From an uncultured Acidobacteriota bacterium (GTDB lineage: Bacteria > Acidobacteriota > Vicinamibacteria > Fen-336): a stretch of DNA of 64,000 nt. Where the stretch lies: NCBI GenBank assembly GCA_963720545.1, contig OY970399.1, positions 2,176,001 to 2,240,000 of the forward strand, in the 5' to 3' direction. The notes under the pieces are model-generated. The model had not been told where the DNA came from and did no database searches. It saw nothing but the letters and a program-made list of their open reading frames with translations. Numbering within the stretch: the stretch's first letter is position 1; the number at the start of each line of letters is the position of its first letter. Position numbers and translations under genes: made by a program. Positions 30,968-40,025 of this stretch are shown in pieces.

Positions 30968-32073
30968 CTGCCCTTCCTTACTGCGCCAACGACGTAGCGG
31001 GCTCCCGGGACGCGCCGCACCTCACCGCTCAGTTCCAGCTCGCCCAGTACGCTCAGGAGCTTGGAACCGCGAAGGCCGGTGCGCTCTTCTATGTCTTCGA
31101 GTGCGTAAGGTACACCCGCGGTCAAGACCCCTCCGGCCAGGGACAGGCCGAAAGACGCTTCTTTGGCGGTGTGTTTCGAGATTTGAAGACCCAGGGACGC
31201 TGCCACGTCGGCTGCATTCCTTATCAGGGTAGCACCCTCGCGAATCAGCTCATTGGTTCCCTCGGACTGTCGCTGGCCCGGAAAACCGGGCACCGCCATG
31301 ACCTCGCGGCCGGCGTCTAGAGCCAGGCGGGCGGTGACGAGGGCACCGCTCTTTGGGGGCGCCTCGACCACAACGATTCCTTCGCAAAGTGCTGATATTA
31401 CACGGTTTCTCTGTGGAAACCGGCCGCGGTGGGGAGAGACCTGTGGCGGAAATTCGGACAACACCGCTCCGCGCTCCATCATCGCCCGGGCAAGGGCGCG
31501 GTTCTCCTCCGGATAGAAATGGTCGAAGCCGCCGCCCAGGACCCCGAGCGACACGCCTTCCGCGGCGACGGCGCCCGCGTGGGCTTCGGTGTCGATGCCG
31601 CGGGCGAGACCCGAGACGATCAGGGCCCCCGCGGCAGCGAGCTCGGTGGCGAGCGACCGCGCCAGCGCCCGGCCGCGGCCGCTGGCCGCGCGGGTGCCGA
31701 CGATGCCGATGGGCGGAGCGTTTTCGGCGAGGCTTGCGCGCCGCCCGAGGAGATAGAGGATCGGTGGCGGATCGCCGATCTCCTTGAGGAGCGGCGGATA
31801 ATCGGGGTCGCAGAGCGCCACCATCTCGATGCGGCGGCGCGTGAGCGTCTCGCGCAGCAAAGACGCCTCGTCGAAGGCCCTGCCCGAGGTGAGCCGCAGC
31901 CGCTGCGCTTCGCTCAGCAGGTTGGGGAAGGCAGCTGGATGACAAAGGACGTCGCGCAGGCCCGCGGCGCGCATGCGGGCGGCGCGCGCTGGCGCCACGT
32001 CGAGCACGCTCAGGGTCAGGAGCAGCAGGCGCTCGGCATCTCCAAGCGCGGCTTCGGCTTCGGGTCTCACCAT
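30964..32073 (-). CDS. dprA: DNA-processing protein DprA
   Basis: IVGTR, SGLARGIDTEAH, FPQRNRVIS and SGALVTA; C-terminal LELSGEV winged helix. Confidence 0.92.
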   Translation of the reverse strand: MVRPEAEAALGDAERLLLLTLSVLDVAPARAARMRAAGLRDVLCHPAAFPNLLSEAQRLRLTSGRAFDEASLLRETLTRRRIEMVALCDPDYPPLLKEIGDPPPILYLLGRRASLAENAPPIGIVGTRAASGRGRALARSLATELAAAGALIVSGLARGIDTEAHAGAVAAEGVSLGVLGGGFDHFYPEENRALARAMMERGAVLSEFPPQVSPHRGRFPQRNRVISALCEGIVVVEAPPKSGALVTARLALDAGREVMAVPGFPGQRQSEGTNELIREGATLIRNAADVAASLGLQISKHTAKEASFGLSLAGGVLTAGVPYALEDIEERTGLRGSKLLSVLGELELSGEVRRVPGARYVVGAVRKGS

Positions 32074-32203
32074 CGTCTTTTCCTTTCGAACGACAGGCGA
32101 TGGGAGAGCGTTGCGGAGGACAGTATTGCGCCTGCGGGCGACACCGCGGGTCCGCGTCGCCCGCCTCGCATTAGTAAAACAGCGTCTTTCGTGGCAAGGC
32201 CGC

Positions 32204-32219
32204 TGGCATCGCACTTGCT
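32204..32219 (+). promoter_or_regulatory. Sigma54 (-24/-12) promoter for the TPR-lipoprotein-Omp85 operon
   Basis: TGGCATC-GCAC-TTGCT matches TGGCACG-N4-TTGCW with exact GG/GC spacing, 39 nt before ATG 32259. Confidence 0.7.
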
Positions 32220-32258
32220 TTCCCAAAGCGCAGGTTTAATATCGAAAGTCCTCGCAAA

Positions 32259-32618
32259 ATGAGAGCAATGGGCCTTGGTTTCGTCGCGCTGTCCGCCCTT
32301 GCATGGCCGCTCTCCGCCGCCGCGCACTCGAACAACAGCAAGGCAGAAGTCCAGTTCGGCATGGAAGCCGCGCGCCGCGGCCTCTGGGAAGAGGCACGTT
32401 TCCGCTTCGCCAAGGCGGTCGACGCCGAGCCCGACAACGCCTCGGCCCTCAACAATCTCGCGATTGCGCTCGAGCAGCAGGGCGATTTCGCCCAGGCCCG
32501 CGAGGCCTACGAGAAGGCGCTCAAGCTGAACCCCGGCAACGCCTACATCCAACAGAATTTTGATCTCTTCAAGGAAGCGGATGAGAAGAGAAACCGCAAG
32601 GCCAAGAAAAAGCCGTAG
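32259..32618 (+). CDS. Small exported TPR protein
   Basis: Signal peptide; TPR ALNNLAIALEQQGDFAQAREAYEKALKLNP. Confidence 0.85.
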   Translation: MRAMGLGFVALSALAWPLSAAAHSNNSKAEVQFGMEAARRGLWEEARFRFAKAVDAEPDNASALNNLAIALEQQGDFAQAREAYEKALKLNPGNAYIQQNFDLFKEADEKRNRKAKKKP

Positions 32619-33354
32619 CGCCGTCCTCGTGTTCCTCGCCGCGGCAGCCATCGGCGGCTGCTCGTCGTTCGTCGAGGTCCCGATCGAGACTCCGCTGCAG
32701 AGCAAGCTCGACGTCGGCACCTTCCGCCGCGTGCTGATCGCCGGCTTCGTCACTTCGCCGGGCGAGTCCGAGATCGAGCTCAGTTCCGAGACCGCGCGCC
32801 TGCTGCAGAACCAGCTGCGCTCGAGCTCGCGCCTGCAGGTGCTCGAACCCGACCGCCCGCCGCTCGCCGACGCGCTCGACAAGGTGGCGCAGAAGATCGG
32901 CGAAGGCGGCAAGTACACGAAGCAGCAGCGCGAGCAGTACCAGCTCGAGGCCGACAAGATCCTGCTCGATCCCGAATACTGGCGGAAGCTCGGCGAGGAA
33001 TACCAGAACCCGCTGATCGTCACCGGCAAGCTCGGCTTCGAGAGCCAGAACCGCTCCGGCTTCGCGACCGACGAGCAGGTGTACCGCGGCGCCGACGGCC
33101 GCCAGCGCCGGGTGCGCGGCAACCGCTACCTCGAGCGCAAGGGCTTCGTCCTCAACGCCGACTTCGTGTTCGTCGACGGCCGCACCGGCGCCACCTTGCA
33201 CAAGGAGAAGTTCTCCGAAGAAGTGCTCTACGGTGAAGACCAGAAGACCTCGGCGCTCAGCTCCTACTTCGAGCTGATGGACCGCGTCTTGCCGAACTTC
33301 CTCGGCGTCATCGCCCCGCAGAAGATCCGGGGGACGCGCGTCCTCCTTCGCTAA
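32581..33354 (+). CDS. Hypothetical lipoprotein
   Basis: Basic N-terminus, hydrophobic stretch and lipobox IGG-C; strong host-like codon bias. Confidence 0.75.
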   Translation: MRRETARPRKSRSAVLVFLAAAAIGGCSSFVEVPIETPLQSKLDVGTFRRVLIAGFVTSPGESEIELSSETARLLQNQLRSSSRLQVLEPDRPPLADALDKVAQKIGEGGKYTKQQREQYQLEADKILLDPEYWRKLGEEYQNPLIVTGKLGFESQNRSGFATDEQVYRGADGRQRRVRGNRYLERKGFVLNADFVFVDGRTGATLHKEKFSEEVLYGEDQKTSALSSYFELMDRVLPNFLGVIAPQKIRGTRVLLR

Positions 33355-33376
33355 GCCCCTCCCACACGGAATCCTG

Positions 33377-36340
33377 GTGCCTCGCATGAGACCGACCCGC
33401 CTCTTCCTGGGACTTGCAGCCGCTCTGGCGCTGCTGGCGCCGGCACCCCGGGCTGCCGCCCAGTTCGTGCCGTACTTCGGCAAGAACAACGTCAAGTACG
33501 ACGACTTCAAGTGGCAGATCTACAAGAGCCCGCACTTCGAGATCTATTACTACCCGGAGTTCGAGCAGCACCTCGGTCGGCTCGCTTCCTACGCGGAGAG
33601 CGCCTATCAGCAGGTGTCGTCCGACCTGAAGCACGAGATCCCGTTCCCGATCCCGCTCATCCTCTACAAGACGCACACCGAGTACGAGCAGACCAACCTG
33701 GCGCCGCCCGAATACACCGAGGGCTCGGGCGCCCTCACCGAAGGCATCCGCAACCGCATGCTGGTGCCGATCGACGAGCCGCCCGACCGCCTGCAGCGCC
33801 TGATCGTGCACGAGCTGACCCACGTCTTCGAGAACGACCTCATCCCGCAGGGCATCACCCGGCGCGCGACGCCGCTGTGGGTTGCGGAGGGCCTCTCCTC
33901 TTACGAAGAAGGCGTGTGGGCGCCGCTCGACATCATGGAAATTCGCGATGCGGCCATCACCGACCGCATCCCGAAGATGTCGCGCACCGATTCGGCGCCG
34001 CTCTCGGGCCGCTTCATCGCCTACAACCTCGGCCACGCGGTGTTCGAGTTCATCGAGGCGCGCTTCGGCAAGGAGGGCATCCGCCAGTTCCTGTACACGC
34101 TGCGCAAGGGCATCATCGGCGGCAGCACCGACGACATCTACATGCAGGCGTTCCGCCTCAAGCCCGAGGACTTCGACGACCAGTTCGAGAAGTGGATCAA
34201 GGAGCGCTTCAAGCCCTATCGCGACAAGCAGCGGCCCTCCGACTGGGGCCGCGACCTCTCGCCCGACTCCGAACGCTCGCGCTACACGCAGGTGTTCGCG
34301 TTCAGCCCCAGCCCGTCCGGCGAGATGGCCGCGGCGCTCACCGCCAACCGCTCGGACGGCGAGGCCGACCTCGTGCTCCTGTCCACCAAGGAGCGCTCGT
34401 TCGTGCGCAACATGACGAAGGGCTACACCAACCGCTACGAAGGCATCTCGATCAACGACCAGTTCGTCGCCGGCCGCTCCATCGGCTTCGACCCGAAGGG
34501 CGACGCGGTCGCGTTCTTCGCGCGCGCCGGCAAGCACCGCAGCCTCTACCTGGTCTCGGTGCTCGACAGTAGCGTGGTGAAGTCGGTGAGCGTGCCGCTC
34601 GACCAGGCGACGGCGCCGAGCATCCTGCCGGACGGCAAGCGCGTGGTGTTCTCGGCTCTCAAGGATGGCATCTCGGACATCTACATCCTCGACACCGACA
34701 CCGGCCAGTTCCAGAACCTCACCGAGGACGCCTACGCCGACTCGAACCCGCAGGTCTCGAAAGATGGCGAGTACGTCACCTACCAGCGGCGCGTCAGCGG
34801 CAACGAGAAGGTCTACGTGTTCGCGCTCAAGGATCGCGCGCGCAAGATCCAGCTGACCTTCGGCCCGTTCGACGACGTCACCCCCACCTTCTCGACCGAC
34901 GGCAGCAAGGTCTATTACGTCTCGAACGAGGAGAACGAGGTCTACAACCTGCGCTCGCTCGACATGAAGACGGGCGCCATCCGCCAGTACACGGACGCCC
35001 TCGGCGGCGTGCTGTCGCCGGCGGTGCTCTCCTCGAAGGGCGCCGACCGCGTCGCCTTCATCAGCTACTTCAAGGGCGACTACCTGCTGCAGACGCTCGA
35101 GACGCAGGAGCCGCTGAAGGAAGTGGAGCAGGACGTGCGCGCCGGCGCCGAAGCCGACCTCGTCGACTTCCAGCCGGACGTCGTCCACCAGGTGGTGGCG
35201 GAGAACAAGCGCAAGAAGAAGGTGTTCGAGAAGCTCTACCTCGAGGGCCGCCCGCCGATCGAACTGCAGGTGACCTCGGGCGGCGATTTCTTCGGCGGCA
35301 GCCAGCTGGCGCTCTCGGACGTGCTCGGCGACAAGAACTTCATCTTCACCGCCTACTCGATCCGCGACCTGCGCTCCTACAGCGCCACCTACTTCAACCT
35401 CGCGAAGCGCTTCCAGTACGGCCTCAACGTCTTCGACAACACCCAGTTCTACTTCCCGACGCTCTACATCACCGACCCGCGCGACTTCCTGTCGCGCGAC
35501 AGCGCCTACGCCACCTCGCGGCTCACCGGCGCCTACGCGATCGGCCAGTATCCCCTCGACCGCTACCGCCGCCTCGAGTTCCAGGCCGGCCTGCTGCGCC
35601 AGCGCCAGCGCATCGAAGACCCCGAGCTCGAGCAGCAGCTGCGCGAGGAGGCGGCGGCCCTGGGCCAGCAGTTCTTCCTCTTCAGCGGCACCATCGCGCC
35701 ACTGCGCGTCGCGCTCGTCCAGGAGACGACACGCTTCCACCAGTTCGGCCCGCTGAGCGGCAGCACCTTCTCGCTCGGCTTCGAGTACGCGCCGGGGTTC
35801 GGGTCCTTGCTCTCGCGGCAGACCGCCGACGTCGACATGCGCAAGTACTTCCGCATCGGCAGCACCACCACCGTGTTCGCCACGCGCCTGCGCGGCTTCA
35901 AGTCGTGGGGCGACACGCCGCAGTTCTTCTACTTCGGCGGCAACATGGAGCTGCGCGGCTACGACTACTACACGCTCTCCGGCAACAAAGGCTTCTTCGC
36001 CAACACCGAGCTGCGCTTCCCGATCATCGACGTCGCGGCGACGCCGATCGGCCTCATCGGCCCGGTGCGCGGCGTCTTCTACTTCGGCATCGGCGGCGCC
36101 CAGTACAACGGCCAGGACTACCAGTTCTCGACCAGCGAACCGGGCGTCTCGTTCGTGCGCGACCCGGTGTTCGGCGACCAGGTGGACGGCTTCCGCCTGG
36201 TCAACGGCCGCGCCTCGTACGGCGCCGGCCTGCAGTTCTTCTTCCTCGGCTATCCGCTGCACTTCGACTGGTCGAAACTGACCGACCTGAAGGTTTCCTC
36301 CAAGTCCCGCTTCGACTTCTGGGTCGGCTTCGATTTTTAG
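33377..36340 (+). CDS. Omp85-family fusion: peptidase MA-like (gluzincin) domain + PD40/TolB-like beta-propeller + C-terminal beta-barrel
   Basis: HELTH plus downstream WVAEGL; PD40-like repeats (PSILPDGKRVVFS, PQVSKDGEYVTY, PTFSTDGSKVYY); GGNMELRGY lid loop; C-terminal WVGFDF. Confidence 0.8.
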   Translation: MPRMRPTRLFLGLAAALALLAPAPRAAAQFVPYFGKNNVKYDDFKWQIYKSPHFEIYYYPEFEQHLGRLASYAESAYQQVSSDLKHEIPFPIPLILYKTHTEYEQTNLAPPEYTEGSGALTEGIRNRMLVPIDEPPDRLQRLIVHELTHVFENDLIPQGITRRATPLWVAEGLSSYEEGVWAPLDIMEIRDAAITDRIPKMSRTDSAPLSGRFIAYNLGHAVFEFIEARFGKEGIRQFLYTLRKGIIGGSTDDIYMQAFRLKPEDFDDQFEKWIKERFKPYRDKQRPSDWGRDLSPDSERSRYTQVFAFSPSPSGEMAAALTANRSDGEADLVLLSTKERSFVRNMTKGYTNRYEGISINDQFVAGRSIGFDPKGDAVAFFARAGKHRSLYLVSVLDSSVVKSVSVPLDQATAPSILPDGKRVVFSALKDGISDIYILDTDTGQFQNLTEDAYADSNPQVSKDGEYVTYQRRVSGNEKVYVFALKDRARKIQLTFGPFDDVTPTFSTDGSKVYYVSNEENEVYNLRSLDMKTGAIRQYTDALGGVLSPAVLSSKGADRVAFISYFKGDYLLQTLETQEPLKEVEQDVRAGAEADLVDFQPDVVHQVVAENKRKKKVFEKLYLEGRPPIELQVTSGGDFFGGSQLALSDVLGDKNFIFTAYSIRDLRSYSATYFNLAKRFQYGLNVFDNTQFYFPTLYITDPRDFLSRDSAYATSRLTGAYAIGQYPLDRYRRLEFQAGLLRQRQRIEDPELEQQLREEAAALGQQFFLFSGTIAPLRVALVQETTRFHQFGPLSGSTFSLGFEYAPGFGSLLSRQTADVDMRKYFRIGSTTTVFATRLRGFKSWGDTPQFFYFGGNMELRGYDYYTLSGNKGFFANTELRFPIIDVAATPIGLIGPVRGVFYFGIGGAQYNGQDYQFSTSEPGVSFVRDPVFGDQVDGFRLVNGRASYGAGLQFFFLGYPLHFDWSKLTDLKVSSKSRFDFWVGFDF

Positions 36341-36399
36341 GGGAAATTTCGCTACAATCGGGGTTTTGGCGGCGGGCCTAAGTGCCAGGAGAGACGAGC

Positions 36400-36711
36400 G
36401 TGTACGCGATCATCGAGACCGGCGGCAAGCAGTACCGGGTGTCCGAAGGCGACACCATCACCGTCGAGCGCCTGACGAGCGAAGTCGGGGCGCAGGTCAC
36501 CCTTTCCGAGGTGCTCTTCGTCGGCGGCAGCGAGACCCCGCAGGTCGGCAGCCCCCTGCTCAAGGGCGCGAGCGTCACCGGAACGGTCCTCGCGCATGAC
36601 CGCTCCGCCAAGGTGCGCGTGGTCAAGCTCAAGAAGCGCAAGCACTACCGCCGAACCAAGGGCCACCGCCAGTCGTTCACGCGCCTGCGCATCGACGGCA
36701 TCAGCGCCTAA
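36400..36711 (+). CDS. rplU: 50S ribosomal protein L21
   Basis: YAIIETGGKQYRV..KGHRQ; TACAAT -10 element at 36353-36358. Confidence 0.97.
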   Translation: MYAIIETGGKQYRVSEGDTITVERLTSEVGAQVTLSEVLFVGGSETPQVGSPLLKGASVTGTVLAHDRSAKVRVVKLKKRKHYRRTKGHRQSFTRLRIDGISA

Positions 36712-36751
36712 CTGGCTGCAATTTCAACGAATTAACGGAGTCTAGTCAGCG

Positions 36752-37009
36752 ATGGCGCACAAAAAGGGCCAGGGGTCGAGCCGCAACGGACGGGACAGCA
36801 ATTCCCAGCGCCTCGGCGTGAAGCGTTTCGGCGGCGAGAAGGTGCGTTCGGGCACCATCATCGTGCGCCAGCACGGCACGCGCTGGAAGCCGGGCAAGAA
36901 CGTCAACCTCGCCAAGGACCACACCCTGTTTGCCGTCGCCGACGGCCACGTGCGCTTCGAGGATCACGGCGGCCGCGGCCGTTTCGTGAGCGTCGTCCCG
37001 GCCGAGTAG
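36752..37009 (+). CDS. rpmA: 50S ribosomal protein L27
   Basis: [24 protein letters not shown]. Confidence 0.98.
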   Translation: MAHKKGQGSSRNGRDSNSQRLGVKRFGGEKVRSGTIIVRQHGTRWKPGKNVNLAKDHTLFAVADGHVRFEDHGGRGRFVSVVPAE

Positions 37010-37069
37010 GCGCCCGCGACGACCCGGCCGCCCGGCGCACGCTTCGCACCCAGCACCCCCCTCCCGTAG

Positions 37070-38101
37070 ATGTTCGTCGACCAGGTCAAGATTTTCGTCA
37101 AGGCCGGTGATGGCGGCCGGGGGTGCGTCAGCTTCCGCCGCGAACCCTACGTGCCGATGGGCGGGCCGAACGGCGGCAACGGCGGCGACGGCGGCGACAT
37201 CGTGCTGGTGGCGGTCGCCCACCAGAACACGCTGCTGCCGCTGCGCTATCACCGCGAATACCGCGCCGATCGCGGCAGCCACGGCGGCTCCAGCAACATG
37301 ACCGGAGCCTCGGCGGCGCACACCGAGATCGCGGTGCCGCCGGGCACTCTCGCAACCGATGCCGTGAACGAGGAATTCCTGGGCGAGGTCCTGCGCGAAG
37401 GCGACCGGCTGTTGCTCGCGCGCGGCGGGCGCGGCGGGCGCGGCAACGCGGCATTCCTGTCGAACCGCAACCGCGCGCCGCGCGAAGCCGATCCGGGCGC
37501 GCCGGGTGAGGAGCGCTGGGTGCGCCTCGACCTCAAGCTGCTCGCGGACGTCGGCCTCCTCGGCCTGCCCAACGCCGGCAAGTCGACGCTCCTGTCGCGG
37601 CTGTCGGCGGCGCGCCCGAAGATCGCCGACTACCCGTTCACGACACTCACGCCGGTGCTGGGGGTGGTGGCCGAAGGCGGCCGCGACTTCGTGATCGCCG
37701 ACATCCCCGGCATCATCGAAGGCGCACACGAGGGCGCCGGCCTCGGGCTCCAGTTCCTGCGCCACGTCGAGCGCACCTCGGTGCTGCTGCACGTCGTCGA
37801 CGCCTCGGGAACCAGCGGCCGCGATCCGGTTGAAGACCTCGAGACGGTGCGCCGCGAACTCGAGTCGTGGAGCCCCGACCTCGCGCAGCGGCCGCAGCTG
37901 GTGGCGGCCTCGAAACGCGACGCGGTCGACGCCGACGACGATCCGCTGCCGCGGCTCGAGGCAGCGGCGCGCACGCTTGGCCTCACGGTGCTGCCGATCT
38001 CGGCGGTGAGCGGCGCCGGCCTCCCCGAACTGCGGCGCGCACTGCTGCTGCAGGTCGAGCGCCGCCAGCGCGCCGACGCGGCCGCGGCGGGGAAGGCATG
38101 A
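37070..38101 (+). CDS. obgE: GTPase ObgE
   Basis: MFVDQVKI..GGPNGG, GLPNAGKST, YPFTT and DIPG. Confidence 0.97.
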   Translation: MFVDQVKIFVKAGDGGRGCVSFRREPYVPMGGPNGGNGGDGGDIVLVAVAHQNTLLPLRYHREYRADRGSHGGSSNMTGASAAHTEIAVPPGTLATDAVNEEFLGEVLREGDRLLLARGGRGGRGNAAFLSNRNRAPREADPGAPGEERWVRLDLKLLADVGLLGLPNAGKSTLLSRLSAARPKIADYPFTTLTPVLGVVAEGGRDFVIADIPGIIEGAHEGAGLGLQFLRHVERTSVLLHVVDASGTSGRDPVEDLETVRRELESWSPDLAQRPQLVAASKRDAVDADDDPLPRLEAAARTLGLTVLPISAVSGAGLPELRRALLLQVERRQRADAAAAGKA

Positions 38102-38668
38102 GGCTCGGGGTGTTCGGCGGCGCGTTCGATCCCATCCATTTCGGCCACCTGCGGGCGGCCGCGAACGCTGCGTTCGACCTGCACCTCGACCGCGTGCTGC
38201 TGATGCCGACGGGCGCCGCACCGCACCGGCCGCAGTCGGCGGTGAGCGGCGCCGAGCGCTTCGCCATGACTTGCCTCGCGGCCGCGGGCGACGAGCGGCT
38301 CGCCGCCTGCGACGACGAGGTCCGCAGGGAAGGGCCGAGCTACACCGTCGACACGCTCGCGGACGCTGCACGAACGTTACCCGGGCGCCTCGCTGCACCT
38401 CATCCTCGGCAGCGACGCGGCCGCCGGCTTCGCCTCGTGGCGCGAGCCGCAGCGCATCCTGTCCTTGTGCCGGGTCGCTGTCGTCTCGCGGCCGGGGGCG
38501 CCCAGCGCCACCACCGACGTCGGCTTCGAGCACGACACCGTCTCCGGTACGACACTTGCCATCTCCGCGACCGTGCTGCGCGGGCTGGCCCGCGAGGGCC
38601 GCAGCCTGCGCTACCTGGTGCCGGATGCCGTCGCCCAATACATCGATCGAAAGAGGCTCTACCGATGA
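38098..38668 (+). pseudogene. nadD: Nicotinate-nucleotide adenylyltransferase with an apparent +1 frameshift near 38362 (real lesion or sequencing error)
   Basis: First frame gives GGAFDPIHFGHL..SYTVDTL; after an extra G the next frame gives LHLILGSDA..WREPQRI..AISAT..LRYLVPDAVAQYI, ending at 38668. Confidence 0.88.
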
Positions 38669-39009
38669 CGCTTCCCGAAGAGGTTCGCGTCGCCGCCGCC
38701 GCGGCGGCGGACAAGCTCGCCGAAAGCCTGGTGGTCCTCGACCTGCGCGAGGTGGACGCCTTCACCGACTTCTTCCTGGTCGTTTCGGGCGGCAACCAAA
38801 AGCAGCTGGTGGCGATCGCCGACAGCATCGAGGACTCGTTGCGGCGCATCGGCATGAAGCCGAAGCACGTCGAGGGCTATCCGCGCCACGAATGGATCCT
38901 GATGGACTACGGCGGCCTGGTGGTGCACATCTTCACGACCAGGAGTCGCATGTTCTACGACCTCGAGCGGCTCTGGGGCGGAGCCAAGCGCATCGAGATC
39001 CCCGCCTGA
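38665..39009 (+). CDS. rsfS: Ribosome silencing factor
   Basis: DKLAE..LDL..DFFLVVSG; WILMDYG..VHIF..FYDLERLW. Confidence 0.95.
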   Translation: MTLPEEVRVAAAAAADKLAESLVVLDLREVDAFTDFFLVVSGGNQKQLVAIADSIEDSLRRIGMKPKHVEGYPRHEWILMDYGGLVVHIFTTRSRMFYDLERLWGGAKRIEIPA

Positions 39010-39956
39010 TGGGTGCCGACGACTTCGCGGCGCACGTCGTTGCCCGCTCGGCGGTGATGCGCGAGCTGGTCGAGGTGGCGGAACGCCTGGCCGCGGCGCG
39101 CGGCGCCGTGCTGCTGGAGGGCGAGAGCGGCACCGGCAAGGATCTGCTCGCCCACCTCATCCATGCGGCCAGCCCGCGCCGCGACGCGGCGCTCATCAAG
39201 ATCCACTGCCCCTCGATCCCGACCGACCTGGTCGAGTCGGAGCTGTTCGGCCACGAGAAGGGTGCGTTCACCGACGCGCGCGCGGCGAAGACGGGCAAGA
39301 TCGAGCTGGCGTCGGGCGGCTCCCTCTATCTCGACCAGATCCAGGACCTCGAGCCCGCGCACCAGGCGAAGCTCCTGCGCGTCGTCGAAGAGCAGACCTT
39401 CGAGCGGCTCGGCGGCAACCAGACGGTGAAGGTGGACGTGCGCATCATCTCGGCGTCGAACGTCGACCTGCGCGAGGCGGTGCGCACCGGCACCTTCCGC
39501 GAGGACCTCTACCACCGCCTCAGCGTCCTGCCGCTGACGCTGCCGCCGCTGCGCAACCGCCGCGAGGACATCGAGCCGCTGGTGGCGCTCTTCCTGCAGC
39601 GCCAGCGCGAACGCGGCCTGACCGCGGCGCAGGGCTTCGAGCCGGAGGCGCTCGATGCGATGCGCGGCTACCAGTGGCCCGGCAACGTGCGCGAGCTGCG
39701 CTCCGCCGTGGAGCGCGCCTGCATCGTCTCGACGGCGGAAACGATTCCGCTGCGGGCGCTGCCGGGACAGATCCTCGAGCAGCCGGCGACCTTGTGGGCG
39801 GGACGCGAACGCCGGCCGTCGCTGCGGGCGGTGGAGGAGGCCTACATCCGCTTCGTGCTCGAAGGCGTCGAGGGCAACCAGACGCGGGCCGCCGCGGTCC
39901 TCGGCATCAGCCGCAAGTCGCTGTGGGAGAAGCGGCGGCGCTATGGCATCGCGTGA
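39009..39956 (+). CDS. Sigma54-interacting AAA+ activator with Fis-type HTH, no N-terminal sensor domain, variant motifs
   Basis: GESGTGKD, ESELFGHEKGAFTDA, LYLDQI, FREDLYHRL, WPGNVREL and GNQTRAAAVLGISRKSLWEK. Confidence 0.9.
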   Translation: MGADDFAAHVVARSAVMRELVEVAERLAAARGAVLLEGESGTGKDLLAHLIHAASPRRDAALIKIHCPSIPTDLVESELFGHEKGAFTDARAAKTGKIELASGGSLYLDQIQDLEPAHQAKLLRVVEEQTFERLGGNQTVKVDVRIISASNVDLREAVRTGTFREDLYHRLSVLPLTLPPLRNRREDIEPLVALFLQRQRERGLTAAQGFEPEALDAMRGYQWPGNVRELRSAVERACIVSTAETIPLRALPGQILEQPATLWAGRERRPSLRAVEEAYIRFVLEGVEGNQTRAAAVLGISRKSLWEKRRRYGIA

Positions 39957-40025
39957 CAGGAAACGAAAACCATCACAAAATGGAGTGTTGGGCGCGCCAG
40001 GGACCTTTGGGAGCTTGATTCGACG

